Positions 8,025-21,464 are shown, numbered from the stretch's first letter. The stretch: DNA of 51,248 bases from Campylobacterales bacterium (GCA_031960985.1 JAVRLX010000004.1:1-51248); one strand, 5' to 3'. The notes: generated by a model not told the origin, from the sequence alone. Numbers and translations are program-made.

Positions 8025-10769
8025 ATGGACTATAAAGACACTCTACTGCTACCTGCTACAGACTTTCCAATGAGGGCAAATCTGCCCCAAAATGAGCCTA
8101 AAAGATATGAATTATGGCGAAAAAATTCTGTTTTTAATACCTTAAAGAGAAGTAAGAGGGCGGATTTTACCCTGCACGATGGTCCGCCATACGCCAACGG
8201 ACACTTGCATATAGGGCATGCGCTCAATAAAACCCTCAAAGATATTATCGTAAAGCACAACTTTTTTAATGGAGCATCCATCCGTTTTACCCCAGGGTGG
8301 GATTGCCATGGTTTGCCAATAGAGCAAGAGATAGAAAAGGCTCTTGGAAAAGAGAAAAAAGATGCGCTTAAAAAAGAGGATATCAGAGAGCTATGCCGCG
8401 AGCACGCTAGAAAATTTATCGGTATCCAGATGGGCGAATTTGAAAAGATGGGCGTGCAAGCCGATTGGGAGAGGCCGTATGTCACTATGGATTTTAAATT
8501 TGAGGCAAATATCTACAAAGCCCTTTGCGAAGTGGCAAAAGCTGGACTACTTGTAGAAAGAAGCAAGCCAGTGTATTGGAGCTGGGCGGCAAAAACGGCT
8601 TTAGCTGAGGCGGAGGTTGAGTATAAAGATAAAGAGGATTACTCTATATTTGTGGCATTCAATCTTAGCGCCGAGGCTTTATCTATCTTGGGTGAAGAAA
8701 AAGCGGCTATTGTAATATGGACAACTACCCCTTGGACACTTCCTGCAAATGTTGGTATATCGCTAAATCCAGATGAAGAGTATGCGCTAACGACTGATGG
8801 TTATATCGTAGCGGCCTCTTTGGTTGAAAAATGTAAGACAAATGGGCTATTTTCGGGCGATATTAAAAAAACATTCCCATCTAAAATCTTAGAAAACCTA
8901 AATGCAATTAACCCTCTAAATGGCAGGGCTTCAAAGATAGTTTTGGGCGCTCATGTAATGGTTGAAGATGGTACAGGGTGTGTACACACAGCCCCTGGAC
9001 ATGGTGAAGATGACTACAGAGTGGGGCTTAAATATAATCTTGATGTAATTATGCCTGTGGATGAAGAGGGTAAATACGATGAAACTATCGTAAAATTAGG
9101 GCTTATCCCAAATGCTCAAGAGTTTGTTGGTATGCATATCTTTAAAGCAAATGACATAATAGTTGAGATGTTGGGCTCTGCAGCCTTGAAGGCGTCAAAA
9201 TTTGTCCACTCTTATCCACACTGCTGGAGAACGCATAAACCTGTTATTTATAGAGCTACAAAACAGTGGTTTATTGCAATGGATGAGAAACTAAATGGGG
9301 ATGGTAGAACGCTAAGGGAGATAGCGCTAGAGGAGATAGAAAAAATTAACTTCTATCCAAAAGTTGGTAAAAATCGCTTAAAAAGTATGATAGAAAATCG
9401 CCCTGATTGGTGTATTTCAAGACAAAGAGATTGGGGCGTGCCAATAGCTTTTTTAAGGGATAAAAGAAACGGTGAAGTACTACTTGATGAGAGGGCTCTA
9501 AATCTTGCCGCCGAGATATTCGATGAAGAGGGCGCTGATGCTTGGTATTCAAGGCCGGTTGCAGACTTTTTGCCATACAGTATGAAAACCGAGGCGGAAC
9601 ACTTTGAGAAGGTGACCGACATACTTGATGTTTGGTTTGATAGTGGCTCTACCTTTTTTTCTGTTTTGCAAAGTGGGGAGTATGATGCTGGAGAGTATCC
9701 GGCCGATGTCTATTTGGAAGGGTCTGACCAACATAGAGGGTGGTTTCAAAGCTCGCTTTTACTATCTTGCGCCATAAACAAACAAGCTCCGTTTAAAAGC
9801 GTAATTACACACGGCTTTACCGTAGATGCAAGCGGTCGTAAAATGTCCAAATCGCTTGGGAATGTAGTAGCTCCGGAGGCTATCTTAAAAGAGTATGGTA
9901 GCGAGATTATGAGACTGTGGGTTGCAATGAGCGACTTTACCGATGATGTAAAGGTCTCCGCTGAAATTCTAAAGCAAATCTCCGAGCAGTATAGAAAGCT
10001 TAGAAACACATTTAGATTTTTATTAGCAAATATCAGTGACCTTGAGGAGCTCTCACCGCTTGAGAGCTTAGGGGAGTTAGATAGATGGATACTTTCTGAA
10101 GCAAAAACGGTACTTGAAGAGGTCAAAAAAGAGTTTGACGAATACGAGTATGCAAGGGCGATGATAAGACTCAACGCCTTTGTGGTTAGCAAGTTATCAA
10201 ATATCTATATGGATGTTTGTAAAGATAGGCTTTATTGCGATGCCAAAGATTCCACAAGCAGACGGGCTTCGCAGACAACAATGGCGCTTATCCTCCGCTC
10301 GCTCTTAACGCTTGTAGCTCCGATACTTACATACACGGCGGACGAGGTAGTGGAGTATATGCCTGAGTTTTTGAGAGAGGGGCAATCGAGCATCTTTGGG
10401 CTTATCTCAAAAGAGCTTCCGAGCGTAAAAAGCGACTTTGATACAGCAAAACTGCTTGAGATAAGAGATGGGTTTTTCGAGACCGTAGAGAAGTTTAAAA
10501 AAGAAGGAAGCGTCAAAAGTACCCTTGAGCTAGCCCTTGGTTTGCCAAAAGGCTTTAAGGGGCTAAGTAGCGAGAAGGATATGGAAGATTTCTTCCTTGT
10601 TAGTGCTCTTTTGGATAAAGACGAAGGAGAAACGCTTGCCTCTTTTGAGGTTGATGGTAAAGAGTTTAGCGTAATGAAATCGGCAGGACACAAATGCCCA
10701 AGATGCTGGAGATATGCCGCCCAGACAGAGGATGCGCTATGTCCTAGATGCCAAAAGGTTTTATCTTGA
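8025..10769 (+). CDS. ileS: isoleucine--tRNA ligase
   Basis: 914 aa with the class I motifs HLHIGH and KMSKS, an editing-domain insertion and a C-terminal zinc knuckle CPRCWRY...CPRC. Confidence 0.97.
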   Translation: MDYKDTLLLPATDFPMRANLPQNEPKRYELWRKNSVFNTLKRSKRADFTLHDGPPYANGHLHIGHALNKTLKDIIVKHNFFNGASIRFTPGWDCHGLPIEQEIEKALGKEKKDALKKEDIRELCREHARKFIGIQMGEFEKMGVQADWERPYVTMDFKFEANIYKALCEVAKAGLLVERSKPVYWSWAAKTALAEAEVEYKDKEDYSIFVAFNLSAEALSILGEEKAAIVIWTTTPWTLPANVGISLNPDEEYALTTDGYIVAASLVEKCKTNGLFSGDIKKTFPSKILENLNAINPLNGRASKIVLGAHVMVEDGTGCVHTAPGHGEDDYRVGLKYNLDVIMPVDEEGKYDETIVKLGLIPNAQEFVGMHIFKANDIIVEMLGSAALKASKFVHSYPHCWRTHKPVIYRATKQWFIAMDEKLNGDGRTLREIALEEIEKINFYPKVGKNRLKSMIENRPDWCISRQRDWGVPIAFLRDKRNGEVLLDERALNLAAEIFDEEGADAWYSRPVADFLPYSMKTEAEHFEKVTDILDVWFDSGSTFFSVLQSGEYDAGEYPADVYLEGSDQHRGWFQSSLLLSCAINKQAPFKSVITHGFTVDASGRKMSKSLGNVVAPEAILKEYGSEIMRLWVAMSDFTDDVKVSAEILKQISEQYRKLRNTFRFLLANISDLEELSPLESLGELDRWILSEAKTVLEEVKKEFDEYEYARAMIRLNAFVVSKLSNIYMDVCKDRLYCDAKDSTSRRASQTTMALILRSLLTLVAPILTYTADEVVEYMPEFLREGQSSIFGLISKELPSVKSDFDTAKLLEIRDGFFETVEKFKKEGSVKSTLELALGLPKGFKGLSSEKDMEDFFLVSALLDKDEGETLASFEVDGKEFSVMKSAGHKCPRCWRYAAQTEDALCPRCQKVLS

Positions 10770-10890
10770 ATTTTAACGAAGCTGTGCCGTTTTGGGTGAT
10801 AGTCGCTGCGGTGGGATTCTTGCTTAGCGTGCTTGGCGCGGGTATCGTATTTGTAAAAAAACATCCAAAAGCAAATAAGGAAAAAGAGAG

Positions 10891-10894
<4 letters not shown>
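10766..10894 (+). CDS. small single-pass membrane protein (42 codons), not in the ORF track
   Basis: TTG at 10766 overlaps the ileS stop (cTTGA), with AAAGG 7 nt upstream. It translates as LNFNEAVPFWVIVAAVGFLLSVLGAGIVFVKKHPKANKEKER, one hydrophobic helix plus a basic tail. Its TGA (10892-10894) overlaps the gatA ATG (ATGA). An alternative GTG start lies at 10784. Confidence 0.45.
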
Positions 10895-13708
<2,814 letters not shown>

Positions 13709-13716
13709 TAAAAAAC

Positions 13717-14823
13717 GTGCAGATAACTACAAAAACAGTAGATTTTACAACTCCGCTCTACCTTGATAGCGGGCGCATCCTTGAGCCATATCGTATGGTT
13801 TATGAAACATACGGTGAAATCAATGAAGACAAAAGCAATGTTATAGTCATCTGCCATGCATTCTCAGGCTCGCACCATGCCGCAGGGAGATATGAAAATG
13901 ATAAAAAACCGGGGTGGTGGGATGCTCTTGTGGGCGATGGCAAAGCTGTAGATACTAAAAAATATTTTGTAATATGCGTTAATGTTATAGGGAGTTGCTA
14001 TGGCTCTACAGGACCTAGTAGCGAAAATCCAAAAACACTAAAACCATATGGATTTAAATTTCCAGTTATAACTGTGCGGGATATGGTACGGGCGCAAAAA
14101 ACCCTCTTTGCAAAATTAGGAATTTTTAAAGTTAAAGCTATTATTGGCGGCTCAATGGGTGGAATGCAAGCTCTCTCTTTTGCGGTTGAATACCCTGATT
14201 TTGCCGAGACTATAATCCCGATGGCAACAACTTATGCTACAAGTCCGTGGGTAATAGCTCTTAACAAAGTAGCACAATCAGCCCTTCTTGCCGATCCAGC
14301 TTTTGATGGCGGCAATTACAATCCAGATGAGATTAAACAAAATGGTTTAGCTGGACTAGCCGCAGCTAGAATGGCTGGGTATTTGGGCTACATTAGTCCA
14401 GAGGGGATGAATGGCAAATTTGGGCGAAACTATGTCGCTAATGATGGCCTTTTTGAGCTTTTTGGGCAATTTGAGGTGGAAAGGTATCTTGACTACAACG
14501 GCAAAAACTTTGTTAAATGGTTTGATCCACTCTCGTTTTTATATCTAAGCAAAGCGATAAATATTTTTGATGTCTCATACGGATATGACAGTTTAGAGGA
14601 TGCGCTTGGTCGTATTCGCTCATCTTTGTGCCTTCTGTCATTTAAAGGTGATACGATGTTTTTTCCATCTGAGATGCAACATATCGCCCGAATAATGCAA
14701 AAGCGTGGCATGGATAATGTCTCTTATGTCTGTATAGATTCCGATTATGGACATGACGCATTTTTGGTTGAGGTAGAGAAATTTGCCGACCTTGTATCTG
14801 ATATTTTGGAGAGAAAAGTATGA
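13717..14823 (+). CDS. metX: homoserine O-acetyltransferase
   Basis: 368 aa alpha/beta hydrolase with nucleophile elbow GGSMGGMQAL, CHAFSGSHH and C-terminal DSDYGHDAFL. GTG start. Confidence 0.9.
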   Translation: MQITTKTVDFTTPLYLDSGRILEPYRMVYETYGEINEDKSNVIVICHAFSGSHHAAGRYENDKKPGWWDALVGDGKAVDTKKYFVICVNVIGSCYGSTGPSSENPKTLKPYGFKFPVITVRDMVRAQKTLFAKLGIFKVKAIIGGSMGGMQALSFAVEYPDFAETIIPMATTYATSPWVIALNKVAQSALLADPAFDGGNYNPDEIKQNGLAGLAAARMAGYLGYISPEGMNGKFGRNYVANDGLFELFGQFEVERYLDYNGKNFVKWFDPLSFLYLSKAINIFDVSYGYDSLEDALGRIRSSLCLLSFKGDTMFFPSEMQHIARIMQKRGMDNVSYVCIDSDYGHDAFLVEVEKFADLVSDILERKV

Positions 14824-15011
14824 GTGAAGAGTTGTCTTTTGAGGATGAGCTAAATAGCGCTAAGGAGCTTTTAAAAGAGCTTAGCAATCCTGAAATTACG
14901 CTCGCAAAAAGCGTAGAGGTGTACAAAGAGGGGATTAAAAAATTAGAAAACGCCACAAAAATGCTGGAAGAGGCAAAGCTACAAATAGAAGAGTTTTCAA
15001 AAAAAGATTAA
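14820..15011 (+). CDS. xseB: exodeoxyribonuclease VII small subunit
   Basis: 63 aa helical protein (SFEDELNSAKELLKELSNPEITLAKSVEVYKEG) typical of XseB. ATGA overlap with metX. Confidence 0.85.
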   Translation: MSEELSFEDELNSAKELLKELSNPEITLAKSVEVYKEGIKKLENATKMLEEAKLQIEEFSKKD

Positions 15012-15014
15012 TGT

Positions 15015-15830
15015 ATGGAAAATAAAGTATTAACGGTTGCCGCCGTACAGCTACCGTCATTGCCTATTGAAAAAGCAAAGCTTGATTATTATCTAGCTAT
15101 CGCAAAAAGCAAAAAAGCCTCGCTCCTGCTCCTTCCTGAGTATGTTGCAAATCTTTTTTTTAAAGAGCTTGAAAAGACTCCGCTTGGGCTTATCGAAGAT
15201 CAAGGCAAAATGCAAAAGGAGAATCTTCTTAATCTATCCCGCATTTACAATATTACGATAGTTGCACCCCTTATTTGGGTAGAGAAAAAAAAGATTTATA
15301 AGTTTATAGCTGTGTTTGATAAAGGGTATTTTAAGGCTTTTGAACAGCGCATACTAATCCCTTATCCTCATTGGAATGAGAGAGGTTTTTTTGATAGTGG
15401 CTTATCGTCTCACGCTACTCCTGGATTTATTAGTGTTGATGGTTTTAAGATTGCAATTATTGGGGGGTTTGAGCTTCATTTTGATTTCATTTGGCAAAAA
15501 ATAATGGAAAAAAAGGCAGACATTGTGTTATTACCAACTGTCTCAACATTTGAGAGTAAAACAAGATGGAGAGAGATAGCCAAAACAAGGGCATTTTTGG
15601 CAAATACTTATATCTTGCGCGCTAATAGAATAGGGGAGTTTGAGTCCAAAGATGGCAAATGGAGTTTTTATGGCGATAGCTTTTTTGTCTCCCCATATGG
15701 CGAGATAGAATCAAATTTAGGAAGTAGCGAAGAGATACTAATAGCTGAGGTGTCTAAAAAAGAATTAACTACCGCTAGAAAAACTTGGGGTTTTGGAAAA
15801 ATATCATCAAATATAGGAATAATAGAGTGA
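15015..15830 (+). CDS. carbon-nitrogen hydrolase (nitrilase superfamily)-like protein lacking the catalytic cysteine
   Basis: 271 aa with nitrilase-fold landmarks LLLLPEY (Glu), ILRANRIGEF and FYGDSFFVSPYGEI. The Cys position reads IAIIGGFELHF and the whole protein contains no Cys. Confidence 0.7.
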   Translation: MENKVLTVAAVQLPSLPIEKAKLDYYLAIAKSKKASLLLLPEYVANLFFKELEKTPLGLIEDQGKMQKENLLNLSRIYNITIVAPLIWVEKKKIYKFIAVFDKGYFKAFEQRILIPYPHWNERGFFDSGLSSHATPGFISVDGFKIAIIGGFELHFDFIWQKIMEKKADIVLLPTVSTFESKTRWREIAKTRAFLANTYILRANRIGEFESKDGKWSFYGDSFFVSPYGEIESNLGSSEEILIAEVSKKELTTARKTWGFGKISSNIGIIE

Positions 15831-16957
15831 AATTTGAGAGTTATCCATTTGAAAAATTAGCCGCGCTAATCAAAGATATAGCGCCAAACGCAGAGTATTC
15901 GCCGCTAAAACTCACCATTGGCGAGCCGCAGTTTGAAACCCCTATGTTTATTAGAGAGAGGCTTGCAAACACGGCGCATACGCTCAATAAATACCCAAAA
16001 ACGGCTGGCGAGGATGAGCTAAAATCGGCAATGTTAGGTTTTGTTCATAGAAATTTTGGGATAGAGCTAAAGAATGAGGAGCTAATACCAACTCTTGGAA
16101 CAAGGGAGGCGCTTTTTAATTTTCCGCAGTTTTATCTGTTTGACAAAAGCTCTCCAATTATGGCTTATCCAAATCCGTTTTATCAGATATATGAAGGGGC
16201 GGCAATAGCCTCAAAAGCGGAGGTTTTACATCTAAATTTAAGAAGCGAAAATGGGTTTTTGCCAAGCTTGGATGAGTTAAAAGAGCATATAAAAAAGGGT
16301 AAAAAGCCAGATATTGTTATTTTAAACTCCCCAAACAATCCAACCGCTTCGGTGATGGGTTTGGAGATGCTTAAAGAGTGGATGAGTACCGCTTTGGAGT
16401 ATGATTTTTTACTTATTAACGATGAGTGTTACAACCAAATATATTTTGGCGCTAAGCTCCCAAGTTTGCTTGAAGCCTCTATTGCTATTGGCAATGATAG
16501 TTTTAGAAATTGCATTGTATTAAATTCTATCTCCAAACGCTCATCAGCCCCTGGGCTTAGAAGTGGATTTATTGCGGGGGATAGTAATGTGTTAAAAGAG
16601 TATTTAAAATACCGCACATATGTTGGGGCAACAAATGGACTTCCTATGCAATACGCCGCCGCCGTGGCGTGGAGTGATGAGGAGCATGTGTATGAAGCTA
16701 GGAAAAAATACAAACAAAATTTTGAGATAGCCTCAAAATATTTAGGGACACCTATACCAGACGCCACTTTTTATATATGGTTTGCGGTTGGCGATGGGGT
16801 AGAGTTTGCGGCAAATCTGTATAGACAAAAAAATCTTTTGGTATTACCAGGAAGCTTTTTGGCTCGTGGTTTTGCAAACGAATATGTCCGTATAGCGCTT
16901 GTTGAAAGCCCTGAAAAAACAGAGGAAGCGATAAAGAGACTCAGAGATTTTTTATAA
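15827..16957 (+). CDS. class I/II PLP-dependent aminotransferase (DapC/succinyldiaminopimelate-transaminase-like)
   Basis: Motifs LNSPNNPT and NSISKRSSAPGLRSGF (PLP lysine). The likely start is GTG 15827, overlapping the upstream stop (GTGA); the track start at 15785 lies inside the previous gene. Confidence 0.85.
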   Translation: MKFESYPFEKLAALIKDIAPNAEYSPLKLTIGEPQFETPMFIRERLANTAHTLNKYPKTAGEDELKSAMLGFVHRNFGIELKNEELIPTLGTREALFNFPQFYLFDKSSPIMAYPNPFYQIYEGAAIASKAEVLHLNLRSENGFLPSLDELKEHIKKGKKPDIVILNSPNNPTASVMGLEMLKEWMSTALEYDFLLINDECYNQIYFGAKLPSLLEASIAIGNDSFRNCIVLNSISKRSSAPGLRSGFIAGDSNVLKEYLKYRTYVGATNGLPMQYAAAVAWSDEEHVYEARKKYKQNFEIASKYLGTPIPDATFYIWFAVGDGVEFAANLYRQKNLLVLPGSFLARGFANEYVRIALVESPEKTEEAIKRLRDFL

Positions 16958-16967
16958 GGAAATATTT

Positions 16968-18272
16968 TTGAAAGTACATTTTGTAGGTATTGGCGGGATA
17001 GGACTCTCCGCAATTGCGAGATTTTTACTTGCTAAAGGGCATGAGATTAGCGGCTCTGATATTAAAAGGACAAAAATTATAGAGGATTTGGAGGCTTTGG
17101 GTATCAAGGTGACAGTACCGCACGATAGGCATGCTGTAAAAGACCAAGAGCTTCTTATCTACTCTGCGGCGGTTAAACCATCAAATCCTGAACTAAAGCA
17201 AGCAAGGCACAAAGGGATACAAGTAATTACAAGGCTTGAGGCACTGAAGCTAATTTTGTTTGATAAAAAGGTCTACTCTGTGTGTGGCGCGCACGGCAAA
17301 AGCACAACTACGGCGATGTTAGCTGAAATTATGAATAGTAGCACGCTAATAGGGGCGGAGAGTAAGGCGATAGGGTCAAATTGTAGAGTTGTGCCCCATA
17401 CAGATTTAATGGTATTTGAAGCAGATGAGTCTGATGGAAGTTTTCTCAACTCAAACCCATATTGTGCGATAGTGACAAACGCAGAGCCAGAGCACATGGA
17501 GTATTATGATTATGATTTGGATTGGTTTTATGAGTGCTATACTGAGTTTTTGCAAAAAGCTACTATTCGCGTTATAAATGGGGAGGATAAATTTCTCTCT
17601 ACGGTAAAATTAGACGCCACAAGGCTTTATCCATCCAAAGATATTAAAAATATTAGATATGAACTGATTGATGGCGAGCCAACAACTATTTTTGAGCTAA
17701 AGGATTTGGGGGAGTTTTGCGCTTGGGGATTTGGCGAGCATATTGCCATTGATGCGTCACTAGCGATACTTGCGGCAATGAATGAGCTTGAAATTTCGCA
17801 AATAAGAGAAAATCTCAAAAAATTTAAAGGGATTAAAAAGAGATTTGATATCCTCTACAAAGACGACAAAATAGCAATTATCGATGACTATGCCCACCAT
17901 CCAACAGAGATAGAAGCCACTATCAAATCAGCCAAACTTTACGCAAAACTTGGCGGCTTTGACAAAATAACAGCTATTTGGCAACCACATAAATGGTCTC
18001 GGACAATGGATAATTTGGAGCATTTTATCTCTTGTTTTGAAGGGGTTGACGCCCTTGTGATACTCCCTGTTTGGGCTGTCAACGAAGAGCCAAGAGAGCT
18101 TGATTTTGCTTTGACTTTCAAAAAATACTCCCCGATTTTGGCTAATAAAATCAAAAGAAATCCAAATAGCGTAACGCTACTATTAGATGAAAAGCAAATT
18201 ACTCTAAATAGCGGCGTTGTAATAGGTTTTGGGGCAGGGGATATAACATATCAGCTTCGAGGGGAGAAATAA
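16968..18272 (+). CDS. murC: UDP-N-acetylmuramate--L-alanine ligase
   Basis: 434 aa with the N-terminus VHFVGIGGIGLSAIA, P-loop GAHGKSTTT and DDYAHHPTEI. TTG start. Confidence 0.95.
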   Translation: MKVHFVGIGGIGLSAIARFLLAKGHEISGSDIKRTKIIEDLEALGIKVTVPHDRHAVKDQELLIYSAAVKPSNPELKQARHKGIQVITRLEALKLILFDKKVYSVCGAHGKSTTTAMLAEIMNSSTLIGAESKAIGSNCRVVPHTDLMVFEADESDGSFLNSNPYCAIVTNAEPEHMEYYDYDLDWFYECYTEFLQKATIRVINGEDKFLSTVKLDATRLYPSKDIKNIRYELIDGEPTTIFELKDLGEFCAWGFGEHIAIDASLAILAAMNELEISQIRENLKKFKGIKKRFDILYKDDKIAIIDDYAHHPTEIEATIKSAKLYAKLGGFDKITAIWQPHKWSRTMDNLEHFISCFEGVDALVILPVWAVNEEPRELDFALTFKKYSPILANKIKRNPNSVTLLLDEKQITLNSGVVIGFGAGDITYQLRGEK

Positions 18273-18329
18273 CCATTAAGCTTTGTTGAAGTACTATGCA
18301 AAAAAATTAAGATTAAATTGGGGGAATAG

Positions 18330-19997
18330 ATGCTTTCAAACCTAACATTTAAAACAAAACTAATAGCGCTAAGCGGTATCCTTACGCTACTTCTATCCGC
18401 TCTTGGATTGTTGTCATACATAAAAATAGAGGTGATACAAAAGGACTTAAATGAGGCGGTTAATGTTAAAGCAAAAAGCGCTATGTACTTACTAAAAGCG
18501 ATGGAGGCGCAAACTAGCAATAGAGCGACTGTAAATAAGTATCTTATGTTCGAAGGGACAATAATAACAGAGAGCGAAGCAAAAGAGCTTTTTGAGAGAT
18601 TTACCAAAAGTGACAAAAAAATAAACGAAAATCTTGCCGCATATGAAAAACTTCCAGCCACACCAGAAGAGGAAGCTCTGTATAAAAACTTTAAAGCGGA
18701 GTGGGAGAAATTTTTGCCTATCAAAGCAAAGATAAAAGAAGCCGGTGAAAAATTATTGACAGCTAGGGATATGGAGTCTCAAAGACAGCTTACCGCCAAT
18801 ATCAGAGCCTTGCTTGATAGCTATATTACAGCTTTTACAAAAACTACAGGGGCGCTAGAAAAAGTAGTTGATTATAATGAAAAAGATAGCGAAAGAGTCT
18901 CTAAAGAGGCTTTAAGTGAGGCAAAAAACGGAAAAACTGAAGTTGTAATAATCTCTTTAGTGGCAATATTTTTTGCCGTAGTTTTTTCGTATCTAATTGT
19001 CTCAAGTCTCCTTGGCGCTGTTAATACATTAAAAGATGGGATAATAAGATTTGGCGATACTAAGGATTTGAATTTTAAATTAAAATACAGCGCAAAAGAT
19101 GAAATAGGGGTGATAGTTGATAGCTTTAATAAACTTATTAGTGTCCTAGAGTCAACTATCAAAGACGCCAAAAGATCGTCTAATGAAAACGCCTCTGTAT
19201 CAAGCGAGCTTAGCTCTACGAGTCTTCAGATAGGAAAAAGTGTAGAGGAGGGGGCAAAAATAGTTGAAGAGGCGATAAAAGAGGTTACAAAAATTAAAAA
19301 TACGATTGAAGATAGCGCAAGCGGCGCGGCCCGCTCAAAAGTCGAAATTGAAGAGGCCAAAGATAAACTGATATCGGCAAAAGAGTATATGATAAAGCTA
19401 GGTAGCGATATATCAGAGGCTAGCGAGGCCGAATCTATGCTTGCTCAAAAACTAGAACAGATGAGCGCTGATGCTGAGCAGGTCAAACAAGTCCTTACAG
19501 TTATAAGCGATATAGCAGATCAGACAAATCTATTAGCCCTTAACGCTGCAATAGAGGCGGCAAGAGCCGGAGAGCATGGTAGAGGCTTTGCAGTTGTGGC
19601 AGATGAGGTAAGAAAATTAGCAGAGAGAACGCAAAAAAGTCTAACAGAGATTAACGCTACTATTAATGTTATTGTCCAATCGGTTATAGATTCATCGGAG
19701 CAGATGAACAAAAATGCCTCAAATATTCAAAAACTTGTTGAGATTAGCAAAGGTGTTGAAGACTCTATTTTGGATAGCGCAACGGTAATGGAAAGCAATG
19801 CTACAGGGATAGCGCATAGAGCTCAGGAATCTGCAAATTTAGCTAAAGATGCTGAGAGGATAGTTGAGTTAATAAGGCAAGTTAATGATTTGTCATCTGC
19901 AAATGCAAGAAGTGTTGAAGAGATAGCTTCTGCCGCAGAACACTTGTATAAATTGACAGAACAGCTTAATAACAAACTAAATCAATTTAGGTCATAA
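18330..19997 (+). CDS. methyl-accepting chemotaxis protein
   Basis: 555 aa with two TM helices flanking a helical periplasmic domain, a HAMP domain and the highly conserved signalling hairpin [33 protein letters not shown]. Confidence 0.95.
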   Translation: MLSNLTFKTKLIALSGILTLLLSALGLLSYIKIEVIQKDLNEAVNVKAKSAMYLLKAMEAQTSNRATVNKYLMFEGTIITESEAKELFERFTKSDKKINENLAAYEKLPATPEEEALYKNFKAEWEKFLPIKAKIKEAGEKLLTARDMESQRQLTANIRALLDSYITAFTKTTGALEKVVDYNEKDSERVSKEALSEAKNGKTEVVIISLVAIFFAVVFSYLIVSSLLGAVNTLKDGIIRFGDTKDLNFKLKYSAKDEIGVIVDSFNKLISVLESTIKDAKRSSNENASVSSELSSTSLQIGKSVEEGAKIVEEAIKEVTKIKNTIEDSASGAARSKVEIEEAKDKLISAKEYMIKLGSDISEASEAESMLAQKLEQMSADAEQVKQVLTVISDIADQTNLLALNAAIEAARAGEHGRGFAVVADEVRKLAERTQKSLTEINATINVIVQSVIDSSEQMNKNASNIQKLVEISKGVEDSILDSATVMESNATGIAHRAQESANLAKDAERIVELIRQVNDLSSANARSVEEIASAAEHLYKLTEQLNNKLNQFRS

Positions 19998-20010
19998 AGC
20001 GCCAGCAAGC

Positions 20011-20040
20011 GCCAAGAGGGCTTTTTTGCGCTCTCTTGGC
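20011..20040 (+). terminator. stem-loop terminator downstream of the MCP gene
   Basis: GCCAAGAGGGC / GCTCTCTTGGC forms an 11-bp stem (one G-U pair) with an 8-nt T-rich loop. A TTTT run follows about 10 nt later. Confidence 0.55.
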
Positions 20041-20119
20041 ATCCAGCTCTTTTAGTTTAACGCCAAAAATTTTACGGTAAATATATGGAAATTTCCAAAA
20101 AGCTACTTTTGCTCTTTTT

Positions 20120-21464
20120 TTGCTCTTTGTTTTGCCGTACCTCTCTTTTTTAAGCTATGTTGGATTTTCTTTCTCAGTTGTTTTGTATATTTTAGTACCG
20201 TTATTTATTTCACTTTTAGGGACTGTGCTTGTTCTAAAAGATGAACTATTGTCGTTTGGCAGACTAAAAGAGTTTGCAAAAGCTTTAAAAGACGAAAAAT
20301 GGTCATCTAGAGTAGAAAACATAAACACAACATGGTTTTCGGAGATAGCGCAAACTCTTAATATGGCTGCGGATAGATTTGAGCGCAAGCAAAACGAGTT
20401 GCGGCAGGTAATAGATTTGGTCCCTGGTTTTATATATGCCAAGGATGCAAAAGGCAATATAACGCTTGCAAATAAGGCTTTTGCAACTTTTATAGGCAAG
20501 GCTCCACAGGAGATAGTCGGCAATAATGAGACCCAATTTGACAAAATATCCTAGCTCTTTTGATAAAGAGTTTTTTAATGACAATTCGCTGAAGTCTATT
20601 AGCGAAGAAGAGTGTCTGTTGGATGGTAAAACTCTCACTTATTTGGTGTTTAGAAGTCAGCTTACTGGAAATGATGGCGCGAGGCTTGCTACGCTTGTTT
20701 TTGCGTATGATATTACTACGCTAAAGGAGATACAAGACAACCTTCAGGCGTTAAATATCTCTCTCGAGGCAAAAGTAGCCGAAGAGGTTGCAAAAAATTT
20801 GCAAAAAGATAAAGAACTAATAAAAGAGAAAGAGAAGTTTATTAGAAATGCGGTTCATGAGATTAATACGGCATTAACGATTATTACTCTAAACGCAGAA
20901 TATATTATAAAAGAGCACGGACAAAGCAGGTCGGCATCGGCGATACTTGGGGCGGCAAAGAGTCTCTCAAGCGCATACGGAGACCTAAGTTACTCTACAA
21001 TTAAGGATTCACCTACTTTTCAAAAAGAGAGCAGCGTTAAAGTTAGCGAGCTTATTATAGAACGGATAGAGTTTTTTAGGGATATTGCGGGGCTTAGCGA
21101 CATTACACTGGCTAGCCAGATTCAGCCCGGAGCTGTCTTTGTTTTGAATCAAGCCAAGTTGACAAGGCTAATCGACAATAATCTTTCAAATGCAATTAAG
21201 TATTCATATCCTCAAAAAACGATATTTATAAGATTTGTGTGCGATATTGGCGGATGGGTGCTGGAGTTTGAGAGTACCGGCAAAAAAATAGAAGATAAAG
21301 TCAAGATTTTTGAGCTTTTTAGCAGAGAGGATGGAATAAAAGGGGGGCATGGCGTAGGGCTGTCGATGGTTAAAGAAATTTGTGATGAGTACGGTATTGA
21401 TATTGAAGTGGATACGCAGGATAATAAAAATATTTTCAGGTATCGTTTTAATAAAAGTTGTTAA
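20120..21464 (+). pseudogene. PAS-domain sensor histidine kinase interrupted by a frameshift (ORFs 20120-20554 and 20526-21464)
   Basis: ORF1 has two TM helices plus the first half of a PAS domain (FIYAKDAKGNITLANKAFATFIGKAPQEIVG). ORF2, in the +1 frame, has the rest of the PAS domain, the H-box FIRNAVHEINTAL, the N-box NNLSNAIKYS and the G-box GGHGVGLSMV. The frames can only be joined between 20517 and 20552. Confidence 0.7.

Noticed and set aside
21342-21347. A G6 tract in the kinase G-box, T8 tracts at 25572-25579 and 30022-30029, and an A8 tract at 6561-6568, as phase-variable tracts.
   Set aside because: All coding tracts are in frame in intact ORFs. They are shorter than the poly-G/C tracts that I associate with Campylobacter phase variation. 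The A8 tract is just a tRNA spacer.
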